Source: Eledone cirrhosa (Eukaryota). From it: a DNA stretch of 64,000 bases. A program made the translations under genes and the position numbers. Within the stretch, counting starts at the first letter, position 1, and the number at the start of each line of letters is the position of its first letter. Shown in pieces: positions 31,489 to 45,869 of this stretch. The notes below the pieces were generated by a model, which worked only from the letters and a program-made list of their open reading frames with translations, did no database searches and was not told the origin of the DNA. The stretch lies in contig OZ024760.1 in the NCBI GenBank assembly GCA_964016885.1, forward strand, positions 29,698,001 through 29,762,000, read 5' to 3'.

Positions 31489-31640
31489 TGTTTCTAATTT
31501 AGGCAGCAATTACCCTGTGCATTACTGGTACTTTATTTTATCGACCTCGGTGGGATTTGAACTCAGATCGTAAAGGGACGTAACTATGCTGGGAAGCATG
31601 GCGTCCGACCCTCTACCGATACTGCCAATCCACCGCCGTT
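31489..31640 (-). mobile_element. tRNA-derived SINE-like element, copy 1 (152 bp, 27-bp deletion form)
   Basis: Minus strand reads GGCGGTGGATTGGCAGTATCGG (A box-like) ... GAGTTCAAATCC (B box) ... GGTCGATAAAATAAAGTACCAG ... AGAAACAATT, then (CATTA)n. Private variant G at 31593 (gggaagc versus ggaaagc). Confidence 0.88.
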
Positions 31641-34373
31641 TGTAATGTAATGTAATGTAATGTAATTTTTAATGTAACGTAATGTAATTTAATGTAATGT
31701 AATGTGTAATGTAATGTAATGTAATGAAAATGTAATGTAATGTGTAATGTAATGTGTAATGTAATGTGTAATGTAATGTAATGTAATGTGTAATGTAATG
31801 TAATGTAATGTAATGTAATGTTTAATGTAGTGTAATGTAATGTAATGTAATGTAATGTAATGTAATGTTTAATGTAATGTAATGTAATGTAATTTTGAAT
31901 GTAATGTAATGTAATGTAATGTAACGTAATGTAATGTGTAATGTAATGTAATGTAATGTGTAATGTAATGTAATGTAATGTAATATAATGTAATGTAATG
32001 TAATGTAATGTAATGTAACCTGTAATGTAATGTGTAATGTAATGTAATGTAATGTAATTTAATGTGTAATGTAACGTAATGTAATGTGTAATGTAATGTA
32101 ATGTGTAATGTAATGTAATGTAATGTGTAATGTAATGTAATGTAATGTAATATAATGTAATGTAATGTAATGTGTAATGTAATGTAATGTAATGTAATGT
32201 AGTGTGTAATGTAATGTAATGTAATGTAATGTACTGTAATGTGTAATGTAAGGTAATGTAATGTGTAATGTAATGTAATGTAATATAATGTAATGTAATG
32301 TGCAATCTAATGTAATGTAATGTAATGTGTAATGTAATGTAATGTAGTGTGTAATGTAATGTAATGTAATGTAATGTAATGTAATGTAATGTAATGTAAT
32401 GTAATGTAATGTGTAATGTAATGTAATGTAATGTAATGTAATGTAATGTAATGTAATGTAATATAATATAATGTGTAATGTAATGTAATGTAATGTAATG
32501 TGTAATGTAATGTAATGTAATGTAATGTAACGTAATTTAATGTAATGTAATGTAATGTAATGTAATTTGTAATGTAATGTAATGTGTAATGTAATGTAAT
32601 GTAATGTGTAATGTAATGTAATGTAATGTCATGTAATGTGTAATGTAGTGTAATGTAATGTAATGTAATGTAATGTAATGTAATGTAATGTGTAATGTAA
32701 TGTGTAATGTAATGTAATGTAATGTAATGTAAAGTAATATATGTAATGTAATGTAATGTAATGTAATATAATGTAATGTAATGTAATGTAATGTAACGTG
32801 TAATGTAATGTGTAATGTAATGTAATGTAATGTAATTTAATGTGTAATGTAACGTAATGTAATGTGTAATGTAATGTAATGTGTAATGTAATTTAATGTA
32901 ATGTAATGTAATGTGTAATGTAATGTAATGTAATGTAATATAATGTAATGTAATGTAATGTGTAATGTAATGTAATGTAATGTAATGTAATGTAATGTAG
33001 TGTGTAATGTAATGTAATGTAATGTAATGTACTGTAATGTGTAATGTAAGGTAATGTAATGTGTAATGTAATGTAATGTAATATAATGTAATGTAATGTG
33101 CAATCTAATGTAATGTAATGTAATGTAGTGTGTAATGTAAAGTAATGTAATGTAATATAATGTAATGTAATGCAATGTAATGTAATGTAATGTATTGTGT
33201 AATGTAATGTAATGTAATGTAATGTAATGTAATATAATATAATGTGTAATGTAATGTAATGTAATGTAATGTGTAATGTAATGTAATGTAACGTAATTTA
33301 ATGTAATGTAATGTAATGTAATGTAATTTGTAATGTAATGTAATGTGTAATGTAATGTAACGTAATGTGTAATGTAATGTAATGTAATGTCATGTAATGT
33401 GTAATGTAGTGTAATGTAATGTAATGTAATGTAATGTAATGTAATGTGTAATGTAATGTGTAATGTAATGTAATGTAATGTAATGTAAAGTAATATATGT
33501 AATGTAATGTAATGTAATGTAATGTAATGTAATCTAATGTAATGTAATGTAATGTGTAATGTAATGTAATGTGTAATGTAATGTAATGTAATATAATGTA
33601 ATGTAATGTAATGTGTAATGTAATGTAATGTAATGTGTAATGTAACGTAATGTGTAGTGTAATGTAATGTGTAATGTAATGTAATGTAATATAATATAAT
33701 GTAATGTAATGTAACGTGTAATGTAATGTAATGTAATGTGTAATGTAATGTAATGTAATGTAATGTAATGTAATGTGTAATGTAATGTAATGTAATGTGA
33801 AATGTAATGTAATGTAATGTAACGTGTAATTTAATGTAATGTAATGTGTAATGTAATGTAATGTAATGTAATGTAATGTAATGTAATGTGTAATGTAATG
33901 TAATGTAATGTAATGTAGTGTGTAATGTAATGTCATGTAATGTAATGTGTAATGTAATATAATGTAATGTAATGTAATGTGTAATGTAATGTAATGTAAT
34001 GTAATGTGTAATGTAATGTAATGTGTAATGTGTAATGTAATGTAATGTAATGTAATATAATGTAATGTAATGTAATGTAATGTAATGTGTAATGAAATGT
34101 AATGTAATGTAATGTGTAATGTAATGTAATGTGTAAGGTAATGTAATGTAATGTAATGTAATGTGTAATGTAATGTAATGTAATGTAATGTGTAATGTAA
34201 TGTAATGTAATGTAATGTAATGTGTAATGTAATGTAATGTAATGTAATTTGTAATGTAATGTAATGTAATGTAATGTGTAATGTAATGTAATGTAATGGA
34301 ATGTGTAATGTAATGTGTAGTGTAATGTAATGTAATGTGTAATGTAATGTAATGTATTGTAATGTAATGTAAT

Positions 34374-34525
34374 TGTTTCTAATTTAGGCAGCAATTACCC
34401 TGTGCATTTCTGGTACTTTATTTTATCGACCTCGGTGGGATTTGAACTCAGATCGTAAAGGGACGTAACTATGCTGGAAAGCATGGCGTCCGACCCTCTA
34501 CCGATACTGCCAATCCACCGCCGTT
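34374..34525 (-). mobile_element. SINE-like element, copy 2 (deletion form)
   Basis: Same 152-bp sequence. Private variant T at 34409 (gcatttctgg versus gcattactgg). Confidence 0.88.
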
Positions 34526-37305
34526 TGTAATGTAATGTAATGTAATGTAATTTTTAATGTAACGTAATGTAATTTAATGTAATGTAATGTGTAATGTAAT
34601 GTAATGTAATGAAAATGTAATGTAATGTGTAATGTAATGTGTAATGTAATGTGTAATGTAATGTAATGTAATGTGTAATGTAATGTAATGTAATGTAATG
34701 TAATGTAATGTTTAATGTAGTGTAATGTAATGTAATGTAATGTAATGTAATGTAATGTTTAATGTAATGTAAGGTAATGTAATTTTGAATGTAATGTAAT
34801 GTAATGTAATGTAATGTAGTGTAATGTAATGAAATGTAATGTAATGTGTAATGTAATGTAATGTAATGTAATGTAATGTAATGTGTAATGTAATGTAATG
34901 TAATGTAATGTGTAATGAGATGTAACGTAATGTAATGTATTGTTTAATGTAATGTAATGTGTAATATAATGTAATGTAATGTAATGTGTAATGTAATGTA
35001 ATATAATGTAATGTGTAATGTAATGTAATGTAATGTGTAATGTAATGTAATGTAATTTAATTTAATGTAATGTAATGTAATGTAATGTAATGTAATGTAA
35101 TGTAATGTAATGTAATGTAATGTGTAATGTAATGTAATGTAATGTAATGTAATGTAATGTAATGTAATGTAATGTAATGTTTAATGAGATGTAATGTAAT
35201 GTAATGTAATGTTTAATGTAATGTAACGTGTAATATAATGTAATGTAATGTAATGTGTAATGTAATGTAATATAATGTAATGTAATGTAATGTAATGTAA
35301 TGTAATGTAATGTAATGTAATGTAATGTAACGTGTAATGTAATGTAATGTAATGTAATGTAATGTAATGTAATGTAATGTAATGTGTAATGTAATGTAAT
35401 GTAATGTAATGTAATGTAATGTAATGTAATGTAATGTAATGTGTAATGTAATGTAATGTAATGTAATGTAATGTAATCTGTAATGTAATTTAATGTAATG
35501 TAATGTAATGTAATGTAATGTAATGTAATGTAATGTGTAATGTAATGTAATGAAATGTAATGAAATGTAAAGTAATGTGTAATGTAATGTAATGTAATGT
35601 AATGTGTAATGTAATGTAATGTAATGCTAAGTAATGTGTAATGTAATGTAATGTAATGTAATGTAACGTAATGTAACGTGTAATGTAATGTAATGTAATG
35701 TGTAATGTAATGTAATGTAATGTAATGTAATGTAATGTAATATAATGTAATGTAATGTGTAATAATTAAATGTAATGTAATGTAATGTAATGTAATGTAA
35801 TGTAATGTAATGTGTAATGTAATGTAATGTAATGTGTAATATAATGTAATGTAATGTAATGTAGTGTGTAATGTAATGTAAGGTAATGTGTAATGTAATG
35901 TAATGTAATGTAATGTGTAAAGTAATGTAATGTAATGTAATATGTAATGTAATGTAATGTAATGTAAAGTAATGTGTAATGTAATGTAATGTAATGTAAT
36001 GTGATGTGTAATGTAATGTGTAACGTAATGTAATGTAATGTAATGTGTAATGTAATGTAATGTAATGTAATGTAATGTAATGTGTAATGTAATCTAATGT
36101 AATGTAATGTGTAATATAATGTAATGTAATGTAATGTAGTGTGTAATGTAATGTAAGGTAATGTGTAATGTAATGTAATGTAATGTAATGTAATGTAATG
36201 TAATGTGCAATGTAATGTAATGTAATGTAATATGTAATGTAATGTTATGTAATGTAATGTGTAATGTAATGTAATGTAATGTGTAATGTAATGTGTAACG
36301 TAATGTAATGTAATGTAATGTGTAATGTAATGTAATGTAATTTGTAATGTAATGTAATGTAATGTAATGTAATGTAATGTAATGTAATGTAATGTGTAAT
36401 GTAATGTAATGTAATGTGTAATGTAATGTAATGTAATGTAATATAATGTAATGTAATGAAATGTAGTGTAATGTAACGTGTAATGTAATGTGTAATGTAA
36501 TGTAATGTAATGTAATTTAATGTGTAATGTAACGTAATGTAATGTGTAATCTAATGTAATGTGTAATGTAATGTAATGTGTAATGTAATGTAATGTGTAA
36601 TGTAATGTAATGTAATGTAATATAATATAATGTAATGTAATGTAACGTGTAATGTAATGTAATGTAATGTAATGTAATGTGTAATGTAATGTAATGTAAT
36701 GTAATGTAATGTAATGTAATGTAATGTAACGTGTAATTTAATGTAATGTAATGTGTAATGTAATGTAATGTAATGTAATGTAATGTAATGTAATGTGTAA
36801 TGTAATGTAATATAATGTAATGTAGTGTGTAATGTAATGTAATGTAATGTAATGTGTAATGTAATATAATGTAATGTAATGTAATGTGTAATGTAATGTA
36901 ATGTAATGTAATGTGTAATGTAATGTAATGTGTAATGTGTAATGTAATGTAATGTAATGTAATATAATGTAATGTAATGTAATGTAATGTAATGTAATGT
37001 GTAATGAAATGTAATGTAATGTAATGTGTAATGTAATGTAATGTGTAAGGTAATGTAATGTAATGTAATGTAATGTGTAATGTAATGTAATGTAATGTAA
37101 TGTGTAATGTAATGTAATGTAATGTAATGTAATGTGTAATGTAATGTAATGTAATGTAATGTAATGTAATGTAATGTAATTTGTAATGTAATGTAATGTA
37201 ATGTAATGTGTAATGTAATGTAATGTAATGGAATGTGTAATGTAATGTGTAGTGTAATGTAATGTAATGTGTAATGTAATGTAATGTATTGTAATGTAAT
37301 GTAAT

Positions 37306-37457
37306 TGTTTCTAATTTAGGCAGCAATTACCCTGTGCATTACTGGTACTTTATTTTATCGACCTCGGTGGGATTTGAACTCAGATCGTAAAGGGACGTAA
37401 CTATGCTGGAAAGCATGGCGTCCGACCCTCTACCGATACTGCCAATCCACCGCCGTT
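37306..37457 (-). mobile_element. SINE-like element, copy 3 (deletion form)
   Basis: Same 152-bp sequence and same flanking satellite variants. Confidence 0.88.
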
Positions 37458-37943
37458 TGTAATGTAATGTAATGTAATGTAATTTTTAATGTAACGTAAT
37501 GTAATTTAATGTAATGTAATGTGTAATGTAATGTAATGTAATGAAAATGTAATGTAATGTGTAATGTAATGTGTAATGTAATGTAATGTGTAATGTGTAA
37601 TGTAATGTAATGTAATGTAATATAATGTAATGTAATGTAATGTAATGTAATGTGTAATGAAATGTAATGGAATGTGTAATGTAATGTAATGTGTAAGGTA
37701 ATGTAATGTAATGTAATGTAATGTGTAATGTAATGTCATGTAATGTAATGTGTAATGTAATGTAATGTAATGTAATGTAATGTGTAATGTAATGTAATGT
37801 AATGTAATGTAATGTAATTTGTAATGTAATGTAATGTAATGTAATGTGTAATGTAATGTAATGTAATGGAATGTGTAATGTAATGTGTAGTGTAATGTAA
37901 TGTAATGTGTAATGTAATGTAATGTATTGTAATGTAATGTAAT

Positions 37944-38095
37944 TGTTTCTAATTTAGGCAGCAATTACCCTGTGCATTACTGGTACTTTATTTTATCGAC
38001 CTCGGTGGGATTTGAACTCAGATCGTAAAGGGACGTAACTATGCTGGAAAGCATGGCGTCCGACCCTCTACCGATACTGCCAATCCACCGCCGTT
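37944..38095 (-). mobile_element. SINE-like element, copy 4 (deletion form)
   Basis: Same 152-bp sequence, 638 bp after copy 3. Its right flank lacks the ttttt/aattt variant block. Confidence 0.88.
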
Positions 38096-41000
38096 TGTAA
38101 TGTAATGTAATGTGTAATGTAATGTAATGTAATGAAAATGTAATGTAATGTGTAATGTAATGTGTAATGTAATGTGTAATGTAATGTAATGTAATGTGTA
38201 ATGTAATGTAATGTAATGTAATGTAATGTAATGTTTAATGTAGTGTAATGTAATGTAATGTAATGTAATGTAATGTAATGTTTAATGTAATGTAATGTAA
38301 TGTAATTTTGAATGTAATGTAATGTAATGTAATGAAATGTAATGTAATGTAATGTTATGTAATGTAATGTAATGTAATGTAGTGTAATGTAATGAAATGT
38401 AATGTAATGTGTAACGTAATGTAATGTAATGTAATATGTAATGTAATGTAATGTAATGTAAATGTAATGTAATGTAATGTAATGTAATGTAATGTAATGT
38501 GATGTGTAATGTAATGTGTAACGTAATGTAATGTAATGTAATGTGTAATGTAATGTAATGTAATGTGTAATGTAATGTAATGTAATGTAATGTAATGTAA
38601 TGTGTAATGTAATCTAATGTAATGTAATGTGTAATATAATGTAATGTAATGTAATGTAGTGTGTAATGTAATGTAAGGTAATGTGTAATGTAATGTAATG
38701 TAATGTAATGTAATGTGTAATGTAATGTAATGTAATGTAATATGTAATGTAATGTAATGTAATGTAATGTAATGTGTAATGTAATGTAAGGTAATGTGTA
38801 ATGTAATGTAATGTAATGTAATGTAATGTAATGTAATGTAATGTAATGTGTAATGTAATGTAATGTAATGTAATATGTAATGTAATGTAATGTAATGTAA
38901 TGTAATGTAATGTGTAATGTAATGTAATGTAATGTAATGTAATGTAATGTGTAATGTAATGTGTAACGTAATGTAATGTAATGTAATGTGTAATGTAATG
39001 TAATGTAATTTGTAATGTAATGTAATGTAATGTAATGTAATGTAATGTAACGTAATGTAATATGTAATGTAATGTAATGTAATGTGTAATGTAATGTAAT
39101 GTAATGTAATATAATGTAATGTAATGTAATGTAATGTAATGTAACCTGTAATGTAATGTGTAATGTAATGTAATGTAATGTAATTTAATGTGTAATGTAA
39201 CGTAATGTAATGTGTAATGTAATGTAATGTGTAATGTAATGTAATGTAATGTGTAATGTAATGTAATGTAATGTAATATAATGTAATGTAATGTAATGTG
39301 TAATGTAATGTAATGTAATGTAATGTAGTGTGTAATGTAATGTAATGTAATGTACTGTAATGTGTAATGTAAGGTAATGTAATGTGTAATGTAATGTAAT
39401 GTAATATAATGTAATGTAATGTGCAATCTAATGTAATGTAATGTAATGTGTAATGTAATGTAATGTAGTGTGTAATGTAATGTAATGTAATGTAATGTAA
39501 TGTAATGTAATGTAATGTAATGTAATGTGTAATGTAATGTAATGTAATGTAATGTAATGTAATGTAATGTAATGTAATATAATATAATGTGTAATGTAAT
39601 GTAATGTAATGTGTAATGTAATGTAATGTAATGTAATGTAACGTAATTTAATGTAATGTGATGTAATGTAATGTAATTTGTAATGTAATGTAATGTGTAA
39701 TGTAATGTATTGTAATGTGTAATGTAATGTAATGTAATGTCATGTAATGTGTAATGTAGTGTAATGTAATGTAATGTAATGTAATGTAATGTAATGTGTA
39801 ATGTAATGTGTAATGAAATGTAATGTAATGTAATGTAAAGTAATATATGTAATGTAATGTAATGTAATGTAATGTAATATAATGTAATGTAATGTAATGT
39901 AATGTAACGTGTAATGTAATGTGTAATGTAATGTAATGTAATGTAATTTAATGTGTAATGTAACGTAATGTAATGTGTAATGTAATGTAATGTGTAATGT
40001 AATGTAATGTAATGTAATGTAATGTGTAATGTAATGTAATGTAATGTAATATAATGTAATGTAATGTAATGTGTAATGTAATGTAATGTAATGTAATGTA
40101 ATGTAATGTAGTGTGTAATGTAATGTAATGTAATGTAATGTACTGTAATGTGTAATGTAAGGTAATGTAATGTGTAATGTAATGTAATGTAATATAATGT
40201 AATGTAATGTGCAATCTAATGTAATGTAATGTAATGTGTAATGTAATGTAATGTAGTGTGTAATGTAAAGTAATGTAATGTAATATAATGTAATGTAATG
40301 TAATGTAATGTAATGTAATGTAATGTGTAATGTAATGTAATGTAATGTAATGTAATGTAATATAATATAATGTGTAATGTAATGTAATGTAATGTAATGT
40401 GTAATGTAATGTAATGTAACGTAATTTAATGTAATGTAATGTAATGTAATGTAATTTGTAATGTAATGTAATGTGTAATGTAATGTAATGTAATGTGTAA
40501 TGTAATGTAATGTAATGTCATGTAATGTGTAATGTAGTGTAATGTAATGTAATGTAATGTAATGTAATGTAATGTAATGTGTAATGTAATGTGTAATGTA
40601 ATGTAATGTAATGTAATGTAAAGTAATATATGTAATGTAATGTAATGTAATGTAATGTAATCTAATGTAATGTAATGTAATGTGTAATGTAATGTAATGT
40701 AATGTAATGTAATGTGTAATGTAATGTAATGTGTAATGTAATGTAATGTAATATAATGTAATGTAATGTAATGTGTAATGTAATGTAATGTAATGTGTAA
40801 TGTAACGTAATGTGTAATGTAATGTAATGTGTAATGTAATGTAATGTAATATAATATAATGTAATGTAATGTAACGTGTAATGTAATGTAATGTAATGTA
40901 ATGTAATGTGTAATGTAATGTAATGTAATGTAATGTAATGTAATGTGTAATGTAATGTAATGTAATGTGAAATGTAATGTAATGTAATGTAACGTGTAAT

Positions 41001-44000
41001 TTAATGTAATGTAATGTGTAATGTAATGTAATGTAATGTAATGTAATGTGTAATGTAATGTAATGTAATGTAATGTAGTGTGTAATGTAATGTAATGTAA
41101 TGTAATGTGTAATGTAATATAATGTAATGTAATGTAATGTGTAATGTAATGTAATGTAATGTAATGTGTAATGTAATGTAATGTGTAATGTGTAATGTAA
41201 TGTAATGTAATGTAATATAATGTAATGTAATGTAATGTAATGTAATGTGTAATGAAATGTAATGTAATGTAATGTGTAATGTAATGTAATGTGTAAGGTA
41301 ATGTAATGTAATGTAATGTAATGTGTAATGTAATGTAATGTAATGTAATGTAATGTGTAATGTAATGTAATGTAATGTAATGTAATGTGTAATGTAATGT
41401 AATGTAATGTAATGTAATTTGTAATGTAATGTAATGTAATGTAATGTAAAATAATGTAATGTTTAATGTAGTGTAATGTAATGTAATGTAATGTAATGTA
41501 ATGTTTAATGTAATGTAATGTAATTTTGAATGTAATGTAATGTAATGAAATGTAATGTAATGTAATGTTATGTAATGTAATGTAATGTAATGTAGTGTAA
41601 TGTAATGAAATGTAATGTAATGTGTAATGTAATGTAATGTAATGTAATGTAATGTAATGTGTAATGTAATGTAATGTAATGTAATGTGTAATGAGATGTA
41701 ACGTAATGTAATGTATTGTTTAATGTAATGTAATGTGTAATATAATGTAATGTAATGTAATGTGTAATGTAATGTAATATAATGTAATGTAATGTGTAAT
41801 GTAATGTAATGTAATGTGTAATGTAATGTAATGTAATTTAATTTAATGTAATGTAATGTAATGTAATGTAATGTAATGTAATGTAATGTAATGTAATGTA
41901 ATGTGTAATGTAATGTAATGTAATGTAATGTAATGTAATGTAATGTAATGTAATGTTTAATGAGATGTAATGTAATGTAATGTAATGTTTAATGTAATGT
42001 AACGTGTAATATAATGTAATGTAATGTAATGTGTAATGTAATGTAATATAATATAATGTAATGTAATGTAATGTAATGTAATGTAATGTAATGTAACGTG
42101 TAATGTAATGTAATGTAATGTAATGTAATGTAATGTAATGTGTAATGTAATGTAATGTAATGTAATGTAATGTAATGTAATGTAATTTAATGTGTAATGT
42201 AATGTAATGTAATGTAATGTAATGTAATCTGTAATGTAATTTAATGTAATGTAATGTAATGTAATGTAATGTAATGTAATGTGTAATGTAATGTAATGAA
42301 ATGTAAAGTAATGTGTAATGTAATGTAATGTAATGTAATGTGTAATGTAATGTAATGTAATGCTAAGTAATGTGTAATGTAATGTAATGTAATGTAATGT
42401 AATGTAACGTAATGTAACGTGTAATGTAATGTAATGTAATGTGTAATGTAACGTAATGTAATGTAATGTAATGTAATGTAATATAATGTAATGTAATGTG
42501 TAATAATTAAATGTAATGTAATGTAATGTAATGTAATGTAATGTAATGTAATGTAATGTAATGTAATGTAATGTGTAATGTAATGTAATGTAATGTAATG
42601 TGTAATATAATGTAATGTAATGTAATGTAGTGTGTAATGTAATGTAAGGTAATGTGTAATGTAATGTAATGTAATGTAATGTGTAAAGTAATGTAATGTA
42701 ATGTAATATGTAATGTAATGTAATGTAATGTAAAGTAATGTGTAATGTAATGTAATGTAATGTAATGTAATGTGATGTGTAATGTAATGTGTAACGTAAT
42801 GTAATGTAATGTAATGTGTAATGTAATGTAATGTAATGTGTAATGTAATCTAATGTAATGTAATGTGTAATATAATGTAATGTAATGTAATGTAGTGTGT
42901 AATGTAATGTAAGGTAATGTGTAATGTAATGTAATGTAATGTAATGTAATGTAATGTAATGTAATGTAATGTGCAATGTAATGTAATGTAATGTAATATG
43001 TAATGTAATGTAATGTAATGTAATGTGTAATGTAGTGTAATGTAATGTGTAATGTAATGTGTAACGTAATGTAATGTAATGTAATGTGTAATGTAATGTA
43101 ATGTAATTTGTAATGTAATGTAATGTAATGTAATGTAATGTAATGTAATGTAATGTAATGTAATGTGTAATGTAATGTAATGTAATGTGTAATGTAATGT
43201 AATGTAATGTAATATAATGTAATGTAATGTAATGTAATGTAATGTAACGTGTAATGTAACGTGTAATGTAATGTAATGTAATGTAATTTAATGTGTAATG
43301 TAACGTAATGTAATGTGTAATGTAATGTAATGTGTAATGTAATGTAATGTAATGTAATGTAATGTAATGTAATGTGTAATGTAATGTAATGTAATGTAAT
43401 ATAATGTAATGTAATGTAATGTAATGTAATGTAATGTGTAATGTAATGTAATGTAATGTAATGTAGTGTGTAATGTAATGTAATGTAATGTAATGTACTG
43501 TAATGTGTAATGTAAGGTAATGTAATGTGTAATGTAATGTAATGTAATATAATGTAATGTAATGTGCAATCTAATGTAATGTAATGTAATGTGTAATGTA
43601 ATGTAGTGTGTAATGTAATGTAATGTAATGTAATATAATGTAATGAAATGTAATGTAATGTAATGTAATGTAATGTGTAATGTAATGTAATGTAATGTAA
43701 TGTAATGTAATGTAATGTAATATAATATAATGTGTAATGTAATGTAACGTAATGTAATGTGTAATGTAATGTAATGTAATGTAATGTAATGTAACGTAAT
43801 TTAATGTAATATAATGTAATTTGTAATGTAATGTAATGTGTAATGAAATGTAATGTAATGTGTAATGTAATGTAATGTAATGTCATGTAATGTGTAATGT
43901 AGTGTAATGTAATGTAATGTAATGTAATGTAATGTAATGTGTAATGTAATGTGTAATGTAATGTAATGTAATGTAATGTAAAATAATATATGTAATGTAA

Positions 44001-45717
44001 TGTAATGTAATGTAATGTAATCTAATGTAATGTAATGTAATGTAATGTGTAATGTAATGTAATGTAATGTAACGTAATCTGTAATGTAATGTAATGTGTA
44101 ATGTAATGTAATGTGATGTGTAATGTAACGTAATGTGTAATGTAATGTAATGTGTAATGTAATGTAATGTAATATAATATAATGTAATGTAATGTAACGT
44201 GTAATGTAATGTAATGTAATGTAATGTAATGTAATGTGTAATGTAATGTAATGTAATGTAATGTAATGTGTAATGTAATGTAATGTAATGTGAAATGTAA
44301 TGTAATGTAATGTAACGTGTAATTTAATGTAATGTAATGTGTAATGTAATGTAATGTAATGTAATGTAATGTGTAATGTAATGTAATGTAATGTAATGTA
44401 GTGTGTAATGTAATGTAATGTAATGTAATGTGTAATGTAATGTAATGTAATGTAATGTAATGTGTAATGTAATGTAATGTAATGTAATGTAATGTAATGT
44501 AATGTAATGTGTAATGTAATGTAATGTGTAATGTGTAATGTAATGTAATGTAATGTAATATAATGTAATGTAATGTAATGTAATGTAATGTGTAATGAAA
44601 TGTAATGTAATGTAATGTGTAATGTAATGTAATGTGTAAGGTAATGTAATGTAATGTAATGTAATGTGTAATGTAATGTAATGTAATGTAATGTGTAATG
44701 TAATGTAATGTAATGTAATGTAATGTAATGTGTAATGTAATGTAATATAATGTAATGTAATGTGTAATGTAATGTAATGTAATGTAATGTAATGTAATGT
44801 GTAATGTAATGTAATGTAATTTAATTTAATGTAATGTAATGTAATGTAATGTAATGTAATGTAATGTAATGTAATGTAATGTAATGTAATGTAATGTAAT
44901 GTAATGTAATGTAATGTAATGTGTAATGTAATGTAATGTAATGTAATGTAATGTAATGTAATGTAATGTAATGTAATGTTTAATGAGATGTAATGTAATC
45001 TAATGTAATGTTTAATGTAATGTAACGTGTAATATAATGTAATGTAATGTAATGTGTAATGTAACGTAATATAATGTAATGTAATGTAATGTAATGTAAT
45101 GTGTAATGTAATGTAATGTAATGTAATGTGTAATGTAATGTAATGTAATGTAATGTAATGTGTAATGTAATGTAATGTAATGTAATGTAATGTAATGTAA
45201 TGTAATGTAATGTGTAATGTAATGTAATGTAATGTAATGTAGTGTGTAATGTAATGTAATGTAATGTAATGTGTAATGTAATATAATGTAATGTAATGTA
45301 ATGTGTAATGTAATGTAATGTAATGTAATGTGTAATGTAATGTAATGTGTAATGTGTAATGTAATGTAATGTAATGTAATATAATGTAATGTAATGTAAT
45401 GTAATGTAATGTGTAATGAAATGTAATGTAATGTAATGTGTAATGTAATGTAATGTGTAAGGTAATGTAATGTAATGTAATGTAATGTGTAATGTAATGT
45501 AATGTAATGTAATGTGTAATGTAATGTAATGTAATGTAGTGTAATGTGTAATGTAATGTAATGTAATGTAATGTAATGTAATGTAATGTAATTTGTAATG
45601 TAATGTAATGTAATGTAATGTGTAATGTAATGTAATGTAATGGAATGTGTAATGTAATGTGTAGTGTAATGTAATGTAATGTGTAATGTAATGTAATGTA
45701 TTGTAATGTAATGTAAT

Positions 45718-45869
45718 TGTTTCTAATTTAGGCAGCAATTACCCTGTGCATTACTGGTACTTTATTTTATCGACCTCGGTGGGATTTGAACTCAGATCGT
45801 AAAGGGACGTAACTATGCTGGAAAGCATGGCGTCCGACCCTCTACCGATACTGCCAATCCACCGCCGTT
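45718..45869 (-). mobile_element. SINE-like element, copy 5 (deletion form)
   Basis: Same 152-bp sequence and flanks. Confidence 0.88.

Noticed and set aside
31231-31509. Recurrent MLPKLETITLH... ORF (8 copies) and the ...QTAVDWQYR ORF end at 31613
   Set aside because: These are a TTG inside the SINE 3' end reading into satellite and satellite reading into the SINE 5' end. Lengths vary from 92 to 269 aa with no conserved C-terminus.
31470-31660. Target-site duplication around the element
   Set aside because: Both flanks are TGTAA repeats, so any duplication cannot be distinguished from the background repeat.
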